Below, one piece after another: positions 10,537-23,769 of a stretch of DNA of 64,000 bases. The notes beneath the pieces were generated by a model, which worked only from the letters and a program-made list of their open reading frames with translations, did no database searches and was not told the DNA's origin. The stretch is from Somniosus microcephalus. Taxonomy: Eukaryota. The stretch lies in the NCBI GenBank assembly GCA_052327205.1, contig CM126206.1:261888001-261952000 (forward strand). Direction: 5' to 3'. The first letter of the stretch is position 1. The number at the start of each line of letters is the position of its first letter. Made by a program: the position numbers and the translations under genes.

Positions 10537-12894
10537 GTAAGTGTCGTTCCGCTCCCACCGCAATGAATAACCGGTTTCCGATCCACTTAAAAGCAGATAT
10601 ATTTATACTGTTAACGCCTTCCGACTTCACAGAACTGCAGTTAATCAAACTGTGCATCTCAACGCTATTAAAAAAAAACAAGCTAGAAAGTGATTATATG
10701 TCTGTTTAGCAAACGATCCTAACTCTGTCATAGGACGACTATAATTTAACACCCTTCTTCAATGACTAACACAAACTTTTGGAGAAAAAAATCATCTACG
10801 GTGCTGTACAATCTCTCAATGAGTCAAGTTCTGAAAGCGTTTCCGTTCATCCAACCAGCCACCCAGACACAATACTTTTTGGTGCTGTACAATGGTGTTA
10901 TTTACTTATTTTAACAAATCGACTTTGTGCCCCCTTTTGGCTTGACTCAATTCTATGTATTTCTTTCTGATCTGACAGGGGTCGTTTACAGTTAAGATAA
11001 CATGATGATGAGAGAAGGATTTGATGATATGAGGTGGAATAGTTACCGAATGAGCAGATCTTAAACTGTAACCAGTAGACTCAAACACACAAACAAGCTA
11101 AAAATGGTGATTAACTGTTGCATGTATGTTGTTTCTTAGAGTGTAATAGAGCTGCGTGTGCTTTTTACTTTTAATGAAGTGGTGTTTAGAGCTAAACAAG
11201 CAAACTGCGTGCTTTTTAATGAAGAGAGCTATAGTGAGGACTTTTCTGGAGTTTTCTTTGTTCAAGAGTGTTGATTTGTTTTGCCATTGGGAGCAAGGGG
11301 TCCCACTTTATTTTGCTTTGTTGCTGTAGCCTGATTTCCAGTTTAACAATTCAGTTTCTGGGTTGTAGTGAGTGCTAAATTCTGTGTGACTTTATTTTTT
11401 GATTACCAAATCAACTCATCGCGTGCATGTTGCGATGTTTTTATTTATTTTGGGTTTGGTTGTTTTTTTATTTTGTTAACACAAGTGCTTCCATTCTATG
11501 TTCTATAAAGTCATGAGTACAGTACTTGATAATATCCACAACATCATAATTCAGCGTGACTTCCAAGTGCTACATTTCCTAAAGACATTTTGTACGTTGG
11601 GCCCATCTAGTTTTAGGCTGGGTACCATGCTCGATATCCTGGTAGGAAAAGTGGAAGAGACTGCCTCAACATCAGTACACTTTGCCACTTCCTGTGCTTT
11701 GCCCTATAGATTAGTTCATTTCAAAAGTTACGTTGTAAAATATTTTAAAATCCAGAATCTTTAAACCCACGTTACAAATATTTTTCCAGCATACACGCAC
11801 ATTCTCTTGGATGAGTAAATTTAAAGTTGAAAACAATGTGGTTGTGGGGGGGTGGGGGGGTGGCGGCGGTAGTGAAGCAGTATTGTTATACATTTTTTTT
11901 ACAAAATAATTGTTGCTCAACATGTGTCACGTTAATGTATTTTAAACAATTGTTTAGAAATTGGAGAAAATAAAAAATGCGAACAACTGCAAGTTCCATA
12001 ATACAATGGGTACACGTATTGTGTACATTTAAAATAGGTGTGCACACAATTTCAGTTTGCTAATCTGCATTTTCCCCATGAATAAGTGATGACACCTAAC
12101 AACAAACTAAGTAAATAATGAATGAGTCATGCAATAATGCAGGTGGAAAATACCAGGCGGTTTTAAGTTTTGAAAGGCAGTATAATGACTTCATTGTACT
12201 CGGTAGTCTGAAGGACTCATCTAATTTTTATAACTGCAGACCTAGGTTAGCACTCGAGATCTTTACGTCAGCCCACCTGTCCAAATCAATCCTATTTACA
12301 ACAATTATTTTACTAAAGCACTTGATGTGGAATGATCTAGGATACTTCAACATTCTATTCTTCCCCCAAATAATAGTTGTGGGCAGAATTTGAAGAGAAC
12401 AAATCCAACTGGATCATTATGGCTGACACTATATGGAAGCTGTAAAATTGAATTTTTTTCATTAACATATTTAACGTAGATTACAGGTCAAACTATTTCT
12501 GATCACTATCCTTGTGGGTTACACAAGGAAAGTTGCTCATTTTGCCTTATACACACATTCCTTCTCTTTGATAGATCCCTTTAGCAGAACATTAAAAATA
12601 GAGTAGGGAGTCATACTGCAGCCTGTCTTGTCAGTCATCCAGTGTGAAATGGCACGGGCTGGGGAGTGTGCTAAAAGTTCCTATGAGTTTAAAAGAGAAT
12701 GACCCTCGGGAGCTCGGGTTTCACGCTCCAGCACCTGTTCAGTTTTCTGTGGATTTCAACCAAAAGCCACTCCCCCCTCCCTCCACAAACACATACACAC
12801 ACAAATAGGCTTGAGAGTCTGATGAAGGACACATTTTATATATCTGGACACAATAGCAGCCAGTTCCAAAAAATCTATCCAATTTAACTTGCGT

Positions 12895-13405
12895 ATAGGA
12901 TATAGACGCACTGGAGAAAGTGCAAAAAATATTTACAAGGATGATACCAGAATTGAGAGGCTACAACTATCAGGAAAGATTGAACAGGCAGGGGCTCTTT
13001 GCTCTAGAAAAGGGAAGATGGAGTGGTGACCTGATAGAGGTCTTTAAAATGATGAAGGGGTTTGATAGGATAGAGGTAGAGAAGATGTTTCCACTTGTGG
13101 GAGTACAAAACTAGGGGCCATCAATATAAGATAGTCACTAAGAAATTCAATAAGGAATTCAGCAGAATCTTCTTTACTCAGAAAGTGATGAGAATGTGGA
13201 ACTTGCCACCACATGGAATGGTTGAGGCAAATAGCATAGATACATTTAAGAGGAAGCTAGATAAGCATATGAGGGAGAAAGGAATAGAAGGATATGTTGC
13301 TAGGGTGAGATGAAGTAAATTGAGTGGGAGAAGGCTTGTGTGGAGCATAAACAGTGGCTGGGCTGAATGGCCTGTTTCTGTGCTGCAAATTCGATATAAT
13401 TCTAT
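12895..13405 (+). mobile_element. CR1 LINE 3' fragment (rbm24 intron 3)
   Basis: LEKVQKIFTRMIP..GDLIEVFKMMKGFD..TRGH..FFTQKV; CR1 tail GGGCTGAATGGCCTGTTTCTGTGCTG. Confidence 0.85.
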
Positions 13406-13635
13406 GTATATACACATGAAAAAATAACACATTCTAATCAATATGCCTTAACCTACTATTAGGTGAATTGTAGATGTAACTTAATCCAAAGCAGTATGTT
13501 TACATGTTTCTCACAAATTCTGAAATATGACATCTGTCATTAATTTTAAGTAATGAACTATATAAAATCTGTTGTAACTACTGGATTATGGTACAGGGTA
13601 TACTTGTACATACAGGCCACAATCAAAAATGTGTT

Positions 13636-14108
13636 GGCCCAGAATTTGCAGTGGGTAATAACAGCGAATGAACATCGTTCGCTGATATTATCCCTTTGAA
13701 ACTGACCGCAACTTCAGGATGTAGCACATGTGCATCCTAATGCGGAAATCCTTCACTGCTCCGACACTGTTTCTTTAAAAAATTTGTTCATCTTTATTTC
13801 AGGTTTACCTTTTCCCCCATGTGAGAGCCTCATCTTTGTTTTGCTCTCTATTACATTTTTTAAAAGTTAGAATCAAAGGAGCTTACTCACTTCCTGGTTC
13901 TTGGTCTGTGAGAATTCTGCATTGTGATTGGCTGCTTAGATAGCTTGCTGATGTCACAGCAATGTGATTCCCAATAAACTACGTTGATTTCAACTGTACG
14001 TTGGAAAAGCCGAACTTCTTGCCACAGAAATCGCGAGATCTTTGTGGGAAGCTTACTTTGGGGCCAGTGGCGAATGCCTTTGCTTCACCGCTGACCGCAA
14101 ACTACGGG
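13636..14108. mobile_element. Harbinger-type MITE (same family as 36747-37159, opposite orientation)
   Basis: Ends GGCCCAGAATTTGCAGT / GACCGCAAACTACGGG; the first about 115 bp are the reverse complement of about 37045-37159. Confidence 0.6.
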
Positions 14109-14619
14109 TGTTTAAAAAAACAATTTTGATTGGGGGAGGGGTCTAATGATAGCACTTTCTTTACATTTCACAAGTGCTCCCTTATCTTTTTCTTTTTTCA
14201 ACAAGTATTTATTTACTTAAGTACTAACTGCCTTTTTTTGTTCCAGTTTTTTACATGGTATCTGGTAGTATGTTTTGCTAATATAGCTGGATGGAAATTT
14301 AGAAGGCTGATTACTTTCAGTCAATTCTTTTCTCTCCCACCCTACTGCAAATATTATGGGGGAAGATGTGATGGGAAGGGGGAACTTAATTCTCTACCTA
14401 TGTCTAATTTTAGTGTATTTTAACTAGCCTATGGAAACCGGCCATTTCAGTTGACTCTGGGTGTATCAATGAGCAGCTCCACAGGTGCAATCAGGAAATG
14501 TGTGAAAACTCCATACTAGCACATCATACAACAGAAATGGGCTATTCGGCCCAGCCACTGTTTATGCTCCACACAAGCCTCATGAGTAGGCTCATGACTC
14601 TGACATGTAGAGTTAGGGG

Positions 14620-15865
14620 TCAGAAAACAAAGAGTAGAGATAATCAGGTCTTTTTCAGGATGTCAGGCTATGACTAGTGGGGTACCGCAAGGATCGGTGC
14701 TTGGGCCCCAGCTATTCACAATCTATATCAATGATTTGGATGAGGGGACTAAATGTAACATTTCCAAATTTGCTGATGATACAAAGCTAGGTGGCAGTGT
14801 CAGTTGCAAAGAGGATGTGAAGAGGCTTCAAGGGGTTATTGACAGGCTCAGTGAGTGGGCGAGAACATGGCAGATGCAATATAATGTGGATAAATGTGAA
14901 GTTATCCACTTTGGTAGAAAAAACAGAAAGGCAGAGTATTTCCTAAATGGTGAAAGATTGGGGAATGCAGTTGCTCAAAGGGACCTGGGTGTCCTTGTAC
15001 ATGAGTCACTGAAAGTGAATGTGCAGGTGCAGCAAGTCATTAGGAAGGCCAATGGTATGCTGGCCTTCATTACAAGAGGATTTGAGTACAGGAGTAAAGA
15101 AATCTTATTCCAATTATATAGGGCCTTGGTGAGACCACACCTGGAGTACTGTGTACAATTTTGGTCTCCTTACTTAAGGAAGGATATACTTGCCATAGAA
15201 GGAATGCAACGAAGGTTCACGAGATTGATTCCTGGGATGGCGGGACTGTCATATGAGAAGAGATTGAGTAAACTAGGCCTGTATTCTCTTGAATTCAGAA
15301 GAATGAGAGGGGATCTCATTGAAGCATACAAAATTATTACAGGGCTTGATAGGGTGGATGCTGGGAGAATGTTTCCCTTGGTTGGGGAGTTTAGAACCAG
15401 GGGCCACAGCCTCAGGATAAAGGGTAGGCCATTCAGGACTGAGATGAGAAGAAATTTCTTCACACAGAGGGTGGTGAATCTTTGGAATTCTCTTCCCCAG
15501 AGGGCTGTGGAGGCTCAGTCATTGGGTATATTCAAAACAGAAGTTAATAAATTTCTGACTAGTAAGGGCATCAAGGGATATGGCGATAGGGCCGGTGAAT
15601 GGAATTGAGGCAGAAAATCAGCCATGATCTCATTGAATGGCGGAGCAGGCTCGAAGGGCCGAATGGCCTACTCCTGCTCCTATTTCTTATGTTCTTATGC
15701 ATTTAAGGGGAAGCTAGATAAACCCATGAGGGAGAAAGGAATAGAAGGAAATGTTGATGGGGTTAGATGAAGAAGGGTGGGAGGAGGCTCGTGTGGAGCA
15801 TAAACACTGGCGTGGACTTGTTGGGCCGAATGGCCTGTTTCTGTGCTGTAAATACTATGTAATGC
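14620..15865 (+). mobile_element. CR1 LINE 3' part (RT) followed by a second CR1 tail
   Basis: ORF 14670-15608 ([30 protein letters not shown]); tail ends about 15700; a different CR1 tail runs about 15700-15865. Confidence 0.92.
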
Positions 15866-16139
15866 TATTTATTTACCCACAGACACTACTGGATTCACTT
15901 TGGAGCTGCCTGCTGGTGTTCCTATTACTGTTGTTAGTGCTGTGACTCCCTGATTAGTGCAGACCCCAAATGGCTGGTCTTCAAGGGCCAGAAAAATATG
16001 CCAAAATGAACTGCTTTATATGAAAAAGGCTGACCCCATCATCGTTGGTGAGATGACTGATGGGAATTTAGTAGTATATGAAATAGGAGATTTACATTTT
16101 TTTTACAGTAATTTTATAAGTGCAGCATGTTTACGTACA

Positions 16140-16555
16140 ATGGCAACTTGCATTTATATAGCACTAAAGTAGTAAAACATCCCAAGGCGCTTCACAGGAG
16201 GAGAGAGAGTTAGTGAGGTTGAGAGGTTTAGGGAGGGAATTCCAGAGGTTAGGGCCAAGCGAGATGAAGGCACACCCCGCCAATGTTGGAGCGATGGAAA
16301 TCAGGGCTATGCAAGTGGCCAATATTTGAGGACCACAGAGATCTAGGAGGGTTGTAGGGCTGGAAGAGGTTACAGAGATAGGGAGGGGCGAGACCATAGA
16401 GTGATTTTAAAATAAGGATGAGAATTTTAAAATCGAGCCGTCATCGAACTGGAGCCAATGTAGGTCAGTGAGAACAGAGGTGATTTGTGAACGGGATTTG
16501 GTGCAAGTTAGGATACAGCAGCAGAGTTCTGGATAAACTCAAGTTTACAGAGGGT
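16140..16555 (-). mobile_element. L2 LINE 3' fragment
   Basis: Similar to 6693-7287 (GGGAATTCCAGAG, GGATGAGAATTTTAAAATCGAG, tail CAACTTGCATTTATATAGC). Confidence 0.8.
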
Positions 16556-16995
16556 GCCAGGTTCCCCCTTCCACCATGCATACCTTATAAGACCTACAAT
16601 GTTATGTTATCATTTTATAAGTCCAGAGTACCTTAAATGAAAGGGCAACATTGGCTACTTTGACTTAACTGTCAAACTATAGCAAATTAATATGAGAGGA
16701 TTGTAATACAAGGAGTTTTATTTAGAAAATTATTCTGCCCCCAGTTTTGTTATTCTAAAATAAAGTGCATCCATAATTTAGCTAAATATTTGTAACTTGC
16801 TTGCTGTTGCTTAGAGCAATAATCAATCATTAATTAGTTGGAGAAAAATTGAGAACTTTATTCAAAGTGTTTTAATGATCTAGCAGAATTCCAGTGTGTA
16901 CATGAATTGAGCAGCAGTCATCACTAAATGTGGGGAAGATAATTCAACATGTTGTAAGATTGACTTGGTGAAGCAATGAACTCTCCAAACACTAA

Positions 16996-18772
16996 GGCCA
17001 GAATTTTCCAGTGTGGTAGCAGGTGCAATCGGTGGCAGGTCGGGTGGGAAAGTTATTTTTGACATCGGGTCGGGAACCTGCTGTCATCTCGCTCCCACGC
17101 GCCTTTCCCCCAAGTGCGTCTGTTATTGCGGAGTCGACCCGACCGGCAGCGGCGGGGGACCCAACTGAGAAGATTATCAGGTAGCTTGCAGGCACTTAAG
17201 AGCCTTTTTTGACTTACTTTTTAAATTTCCCTGTATGGCCCCGGGATTCACGCAGCTCGGGAACCACGTCTGTCAACCTGAGGTGGGAGTTCCATCGCCA
17301 TTGCTCCAGCTGATTATTTGACAGCATCAAATGTACAGTACAAGCTCCCACGTGACAGATGATCACTTTCCTCAGGCAGAAGCTGTTGCTCAGTCCATTT
17401 CCAGCACAGATTCTGCAGGCTGCAAGTGTTTCCAGCAAAGTCTCCATCCAGTGTCACCTCATTGGAAAAACTCTTTCACCTTTGACAGAATGTTTCTGTC
17501 ATCTGTACTTCACCTGCCATCTATTCCATCAGCATGGGTGCCGTTTATACTGTCTCACCTTGGTCCTCAGAATCAGACCACGATGAGCCCCAACACCAGC
17601 AGCACCAGGAACACCAGCAGCACCAACAACAACACCAACCTTCTCCGCAATCACCTAATGTTGCACAGGACAGAGGGCATCAGCACCCGATCACAATGCT
17701 GCCCGGGAGGCCAGGGATGGCTTCACCATGGCCAGATTTACTTCACTTGACACTGTACACCCATATGACTGTCACATGATGCGCCAGGTTGGCACCACCC
17801 CAAACCAACACTGTAACGCATCCCCAAATGACCAAGCCATTCCTTTCACACTCAGCACCATTGCGGGGGATACCGTTATGTCACACCATTCACTGTAACT
17901 CACTAAGCCACTTCCAAAGATGCACACAAATCGGTCCAAGACTGGAAAGTGTTGAAAATAAAGATCTTTATGTTTGACATCACAGTAACAGAAACTTTAC
18001 ATAAACATTGCATAAAACACCCAAGTGGCTACCCTTGTGTGTTGTTAGTTGGTATGATTGCACTAGGATGAGGGTGAGTGTGAGGGGTGACTAATGAGAT
18101 GGGGATGTGATAATGTAGATAGAGAGGGACGGGTGGAGGTGCAAGGTATTTTGGTGTGAATAAGGATGTGCAGGAATAGGGTAGGGAAGGCAGAGTGATG
18201 GGGATGTGATGAGAGGCACAGCAGGATGCAGTTGAGTGTGGCTTTGGACTAACGATTCCTGATCTAATGAGATCATTGAAACGTTTGCGGCATTGCACCC
18301 AGGTCCTCCTGAACACATCCCTGCTTGTGTCCTCCTGTGCAATCTGCAACCAAGCTGTTTTGGTCTCCTGGGGAGTTCTCTTCCGCCCATCGGAAGGGAA
18401 GAGGATCTCCCTGCGCACTCTGACTCCCTCCATAAGCATATGGAGGGAGTCATGGGTGAATCTGGATGCAGCCCTCTGCCTCTGTGCAGTCATTGTCAGC
18501 GTTTGCAGCACTCCAACACTGTAGTGCACTGACAGAACTATGTTAGATGTAATGTGGCCATGGTCCCTTGAAAGATCCCGGCTGTAAACGCGTCATGAAT
18601 GACATCACCAGACCTGCTCCATCTCATTGGGCTGGGTAATGCACTGGGTGGGCTTAATAGGCCCCATTAAGGTAAGTTCATTTTCAACAGCGGGATGGAG
18701 CCAGCAGTGGGGTCGTGACCCAACATGGCCACTGCCCGCACCGGACCTGCCAAGCTAAAGAAAATTCCAGCC
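16996..18772. mobile_element. PIF/Harbinger internal-deletion derivative with Myb/SANT remnant
   Basis: TIR GGC(CA/TG)GAATTTTC, TSD TAA (16993-16995 and 18773-18775); minus ORF 18029-18529 RFT..L..L...V..RREILF...W..IA......RTW.QCRKRFNDL matches the Harbinger Myb/SANT-like protein. Confidence 0.85.
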
Positions 18773-20948
18773 TAAATGTATGACAGTAGGTTTTTATAAT
18801 GCTAGGGCATTATTTAAAAATGGTAATATCTGACAAACTAGTGTCTCTAGCAGTAACTATATATCTGAGAGGCAGAGTTTGAATCCCAGCCTCGACATCA
18901 TTTGAATACTACTATCATTGAATACTAAGTAGGATATTGCATGATATTAGAGCATTCTATCTGGGGGAAGAGAGAAGGAAAAATCTGCCCACAACCTGCC
19001 CCATGTCACATACACCTTCTGTCTTTCTGACTGCCATAGACAATCTTCAGTCCAGACTGTTTCTTCCCATTCTTTGATCAAGGACAGTAGGACGGCAGCA
19101 GTGGTCAGTAAACAGTTTAAAAAGAAATCTGTTTCCATCCGGTACATACAGATGAATTTACAAGATTTCATTTTGTTTAACACTACAACTTGAGAGTATC
19201 TTTAAACCCAAAACAGTTGTACTCCAGTATTATTATTCAAGATGTGCTTTTTCGCATTGAGTAGATTGGAAGCCATATGTTTAACAAGGTAATATTCAGT
19301 GTGCTGTTTTCTGTACACTTCACCTTAAGTAGAAGGTTCAAGTGTCTGACTTTATAGATGTTGGGCATAGTTCATTGGTCTTTGTTTCTAACTTGGGTTC
19401 CTGTGGTTCATTCAGAACTTCTCAAACGACAGCTCAATCATCATTATAATTGTGGACAAGATGGAAGGTCACTTACAATTAAGGGAAACTTTGCTTAACT
19501 GGACTGAGACTCGAGTACTTTAGGTTGTAGTGGTAATGATAATGCCATTGTGCTTTGATGCCACTGAGGTTTGCCAAGGAAGTTGTTTGTCAAGAATTAC
19601 TATTGTAGGAATAATCAAAACAAATAGATTTTTATTTATAATTTTTAACGCTTTTCATTATTTCTGTCATAGCCATGATATCCATAAGTTGGAAAATGAT
19701 ACAATATGACTTTGCAGTAGAAAATTGATGCACTTTAAATGACCATTAGTAGTCTCACAGCATCTTTATTCACAAAGTGTCTGGGTGTTCATGTGTTCTT
19801 TCTATAGCCAACCTCCTACAATCTTTGATATTTTTTCTTTGGTGGTTTATTGCACATGGAGTAATGCAAAGAACTGTTGAAGGACTAATTTTGAAGCAGG
19901 AAGGGAATTACTTCTACCATTACCCTAAAACGTGAAAAACAAACGCCACTGTGCTCCTGCCAATAGCAGTTGTGCTGAATTGGACTCACCAGCTAACTCC
20001 CAATGACCTTTTCAGCTTGTGCACATTTAGAAATAAGGTGGAGCTATCTTTCAAGAATAAAACAGGACAGTTCGATTGGTCCATCAACCGTCTACCTAAC
20101 TGCAAGACAGCATGACAGAAAGAAGCTACAAGTGACTGTCGCTACAGGTGTTGCAACATATCTCGTATGAGATGAGTTTGTAGCAGTTATTATCCAGCTG
20201 CTTGCTGACTTGAGTCTGTGGGTTTTAACGTTTAGTTCACACTGAAAACTAATAACCTGAGGAAGGGAAGTCATGGTTACTGCTGAACTAATATGATCAC
20301 CTTCTACTAACTGACCTGGAGTTTACATAGTCACTGCGCTGTAGAGGAGTGTGCAGAACCACTGGGCTGGTTGAACACCTGACTGGGTGCCGTCATTTAA
20401 GTATTGTCATCCCATAGATTGTAGAACACCTCAAAAAAAACTTTTAAGTTAAATAATCCATATTTTCTTTCTAAAAAGAAATGTAATTTTTCTTTAGTCT
20501 CTGCAGCCAACTTTCTCCCCCTCACTGTGACATGTTTTCCTTTCATCCCACAATCTCTTTGTCTTTTAGTGTCTTTTTTCTTTTGCATGTTATTAGGCGG
20601 ATCGTTGCAGGCCAGCTGATGGGTTCCAGGTCTATATGTTTTCGGTTTGCCCAAGGACTTCCTGTGACCTTTTCCTAGAATGTAATGCACATGTACTGGG
20701 GTTCAGTGCTGTGTTGTTAATAGTGTCTGTTGGGCCTCTATTGGAGCCTCGTTTGTGACGAGTGAGAGCCTCACTAGATTTCACGTGTAGAGTGATCTTG
20801 CCGTGTGACCATTTGTTTATCACCTTGTGGCCTTTGTTTGGTACTTTTAATTTTTTTGTTTTTTGCCTGTGTTTTACTTTAATTAGGGTGATGGGGTTGT
20901 GGATCTGTGATATGATATTAATGAGTGCTGAGACTGCATAGCAACACA

Positions 20949-21410
20949 TAGGGTTGCCATGATATATTTATAACTACTGCAGCCAAAAATATCAACAGAA
21001 GTTGCCCTGCAAAATGTCACTGAAATATTGTCAAAAAAAAATTACTCAAAAAAAAGTTTTGAATTTTCAGAAACTAAGTCCAAAAACCTGTTATCTAATG
21101 AAAGTTGGTGAAATGTTTGCAATTTTCTATGGGTTATCTCAGATTTCAACTTGCAATACTAGAATAGAATCCTATCTCTTTCATGCTTACTTTAGTTATA
21201 AAGGTAAAATTACAAAAAGTCACAACTTGCTTTTTGATATCTAATAATTGTTAATGCCCAAATGTTTCTCTCTCAAGTTCTAATCACAAATCATACTGTA
21301 AGTAGTTGTCCAAAAAAATTCTGTAAAATCTATTACACTTATAAAGATCCTTGGGCATTCAAAGGTTATACAGTGCATTCATTAAGCCTTCCCTTATTGT
21401 GGCAACCCTA
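20949..21410. mobile_element. hAT-type MITE
   Basis: Perfect 11-bp TIR TAGGGTTGCCA / TGGCAACCCTA around an AT-rich interior; the expected 8-bp TSD is only half conserved (GCAACACA vs TATGCACA). Confidence 0.6.
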
Positions 21411-21514
21411 TATGCACAATAACAATTAGAATCTTAAAAAGACTGTGGATGGATCGAGCCAGAAGCAGTGCTAGCTGTTTCTTTACTGGTATTTTCTTCT
21501 TCCTTATCCCACAG

Positions 21515-21851
21515 GATCCCCGCTCATTATGTCTACCCACAGGCCTTTATGCAACCTGGAGTCGTCATCCCGCATGTCCAACCCGCAGCCGCCGCGTCTC
21601 CTTACATCGACTACACGGGGACTGCCTACGCGCAGTACTCCGCAGCCGCAGCCGCAGCAGCCGCCGCCTACGAGCAGTATCCGTACGCCGCCTCACCCGC
21701 CGCTGCGGCAGCGGCCGCCGGTTATGTCACCGCCGCCGGGTACAGCTACGCGGTGCAGCAGCCCATCCCCAGTTCAGCTCCCGGGGCTGCTGCAGCCGCA
21801 GCTTTCAGCCAGTATCAGCCACAACAGCTGCAGACAGACCGCATGCAATAA
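21515..21851 (+). CDS. rbm24: rbm24 coding exon 4 (Ala/Tyr/Gln-rich C-terminus)
   Basis: Polypyrimidine tract plus ACAG acceptor; [23 protein letters not shown]...[13 protein letters not shown] matches the RBM24 C-terminus; total CDS 684 nt = 227 aa plus stop. Confidence 0.96.
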
Positions 21852-23571
21852 CGGTGGGATGTTTAAAAAAAACTAAAAGTGCACACTACTTTTAGAATCA
21901 GGAGAGCAACCATATATTCCAGAACTCCCCAACCAGTTACAACTACAGCATACAAGAATAATGGACATGGGGGTGGGGGAAAACAAAGTACAGTATACTA
22001 CTTTCTGATTGCGAGAAAAATATTTTTGCAGCTTTTGACTACTACAAACAATTGTGCTATATATTGTCATAACACAAGAAGATGGAACAGCAGAAAATGT
22101 TTTTTTGTTTACGATCAAGAAAAACTTTTAAGATGCAAGTCCAAAGCCTTCAACCAGCCTGCAACTTTCATACATTAACAATGGGACATAACAGTGTAAT
22201 TGTCTTGTGCAAACCATTTCTTCATCAGGGAAAACGCTGCAATTCTTTCAGCCTGTACCAACTGCAGGAGCTGCATGCAATAACACTGCAACATGCAATA
22301 ATAATGATAATTTAAAAAAGATGAAATGTGCACATCAGGGGGGTCAGTGAGATACAGAGACAATTCTACATTATGGTAACGACTACCATTTGAATTTCAA
22401 AGCACTGAATGTCATTCTCATTTTTTTAAAACTCTAACCTATGCAAAGTATTTGAGATATTTGAAGTCTTTCTCGGGCATCGAACAATCAAAGCATATGA
22501 CCATGTGGCGTGATGGACAGGCACCGAAGTTATTTATTTTTTTAATATATTCTTCCCTTCTGTGCATGAATGGAACGCTGAGCAAGTGATCTGGATTTAA
22601 TGGACAGAACAGCTGTGCGGGCAATCAATAAAGCAGACAGTTCTGGAAATACACATCACTTGTGCGTGTTTGATGACCTGTCACATTTTAATCCCCCCCC
22701 GTCCTGTTTCACTTTTCGGGAAACTTTAACTGCTGCTGTCAGCACTTCGGATTCTGAAATCGGATCAGCCCCTGACAATAACAGTCTCCTCTTTCTGTTT
22801 TATTGCATCTGTCCATGGTCATTGATTGAAAGCAAAAAGGAAAAAAAATTGTGAATTTTAATAGTCATTGGTTGAAACTGTGCCTTATAAAAATATTGTA
22901 AAACTATTTTAAAATTATTTATTGTAAATGTTTTTACAATCCTGCGCACTATAGAAGGAGACATAAGTGCGAAACTGTATATGTATTCAGCTCATTGCAG
23001 ATAAATTATTCAGTAGGTATTAGTTTATAATGTTAAACCATATCAATCTTCAAAATGTTGACTCCAGTTTATTTAAAATATTTCTATGACGCACTATTCA
23101 GTGGTTTTGTTACCTTGACACTTGTCAATTTTAGGATATTAAATTAATATTTACTCAAGGGTTTTTTTTTCGTAATGTTATAAGCTGTACACAGACAGAC
23201 CTCTGACTTTAGGAGTTTAGAAATGTATAACTTTTGGATTTATGTTGAAATATTTTAAACTATTATTCTGCTTGGTAGAAAGCTGTAACTGCTGCTCTGT
23301 AGCCTGTTTCTAATTCTTAATTGCTTGCTGACTTAAATGTTTTCTTATATATGCTGCAAACAGGTGAAATGTAGATTTTTTTTATACTTGGTAGAAAAAA
23401 ATCTAAGATTTTCTTACAAGGGAAAGACAACCAAGCATTTTGAAGACCTTTTTCATGTCGCTGGACTAGTTTAAATATTCAGGCAACTGTAGCTAGTATT
23501 CTACAAATCTTAATCTTAGATGTAAAAGTCCTGTTGCTATCATGTATCTATAACAGTGTAAACTGCTTTAT

Positions 23572-23625
23572 AATAAATCAACATTCACCTCTACTAAATA
23601 CATTCAAAATAAAAAAATAATAAAA
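23572..23625 (+). terminator. candidate rbm24 polyadenylation signals (end of a repeat-free AU-rich 3' UTR from 21852)
   Basis: AATAAA at 23572-23577 and further AATAAA hexamers at about 23608-23624, followed by GT/T-rich sequence. Confidence 0.55.
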
Positions 23626-23769
23626 AGCTGTATGTCATGGTATTTGTTTTACTGGTAATTTTATACTTCTTTTATTTTTGTTTAAATATGGGAGTCTTTC
23701 CTTCATCACTAAACTCTGGATATACAAAAAGTGTCAAAACTAGTCCACAACAGATAAAAGAAAACTGGC

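Noticed and set aside
18029-18529. Domesticated host Myb/SANT gene (NAIF1/MSANTD-like)
   Set aside because: Lies between TIRs with a TSD, lacks downstream exons and looks decayed.
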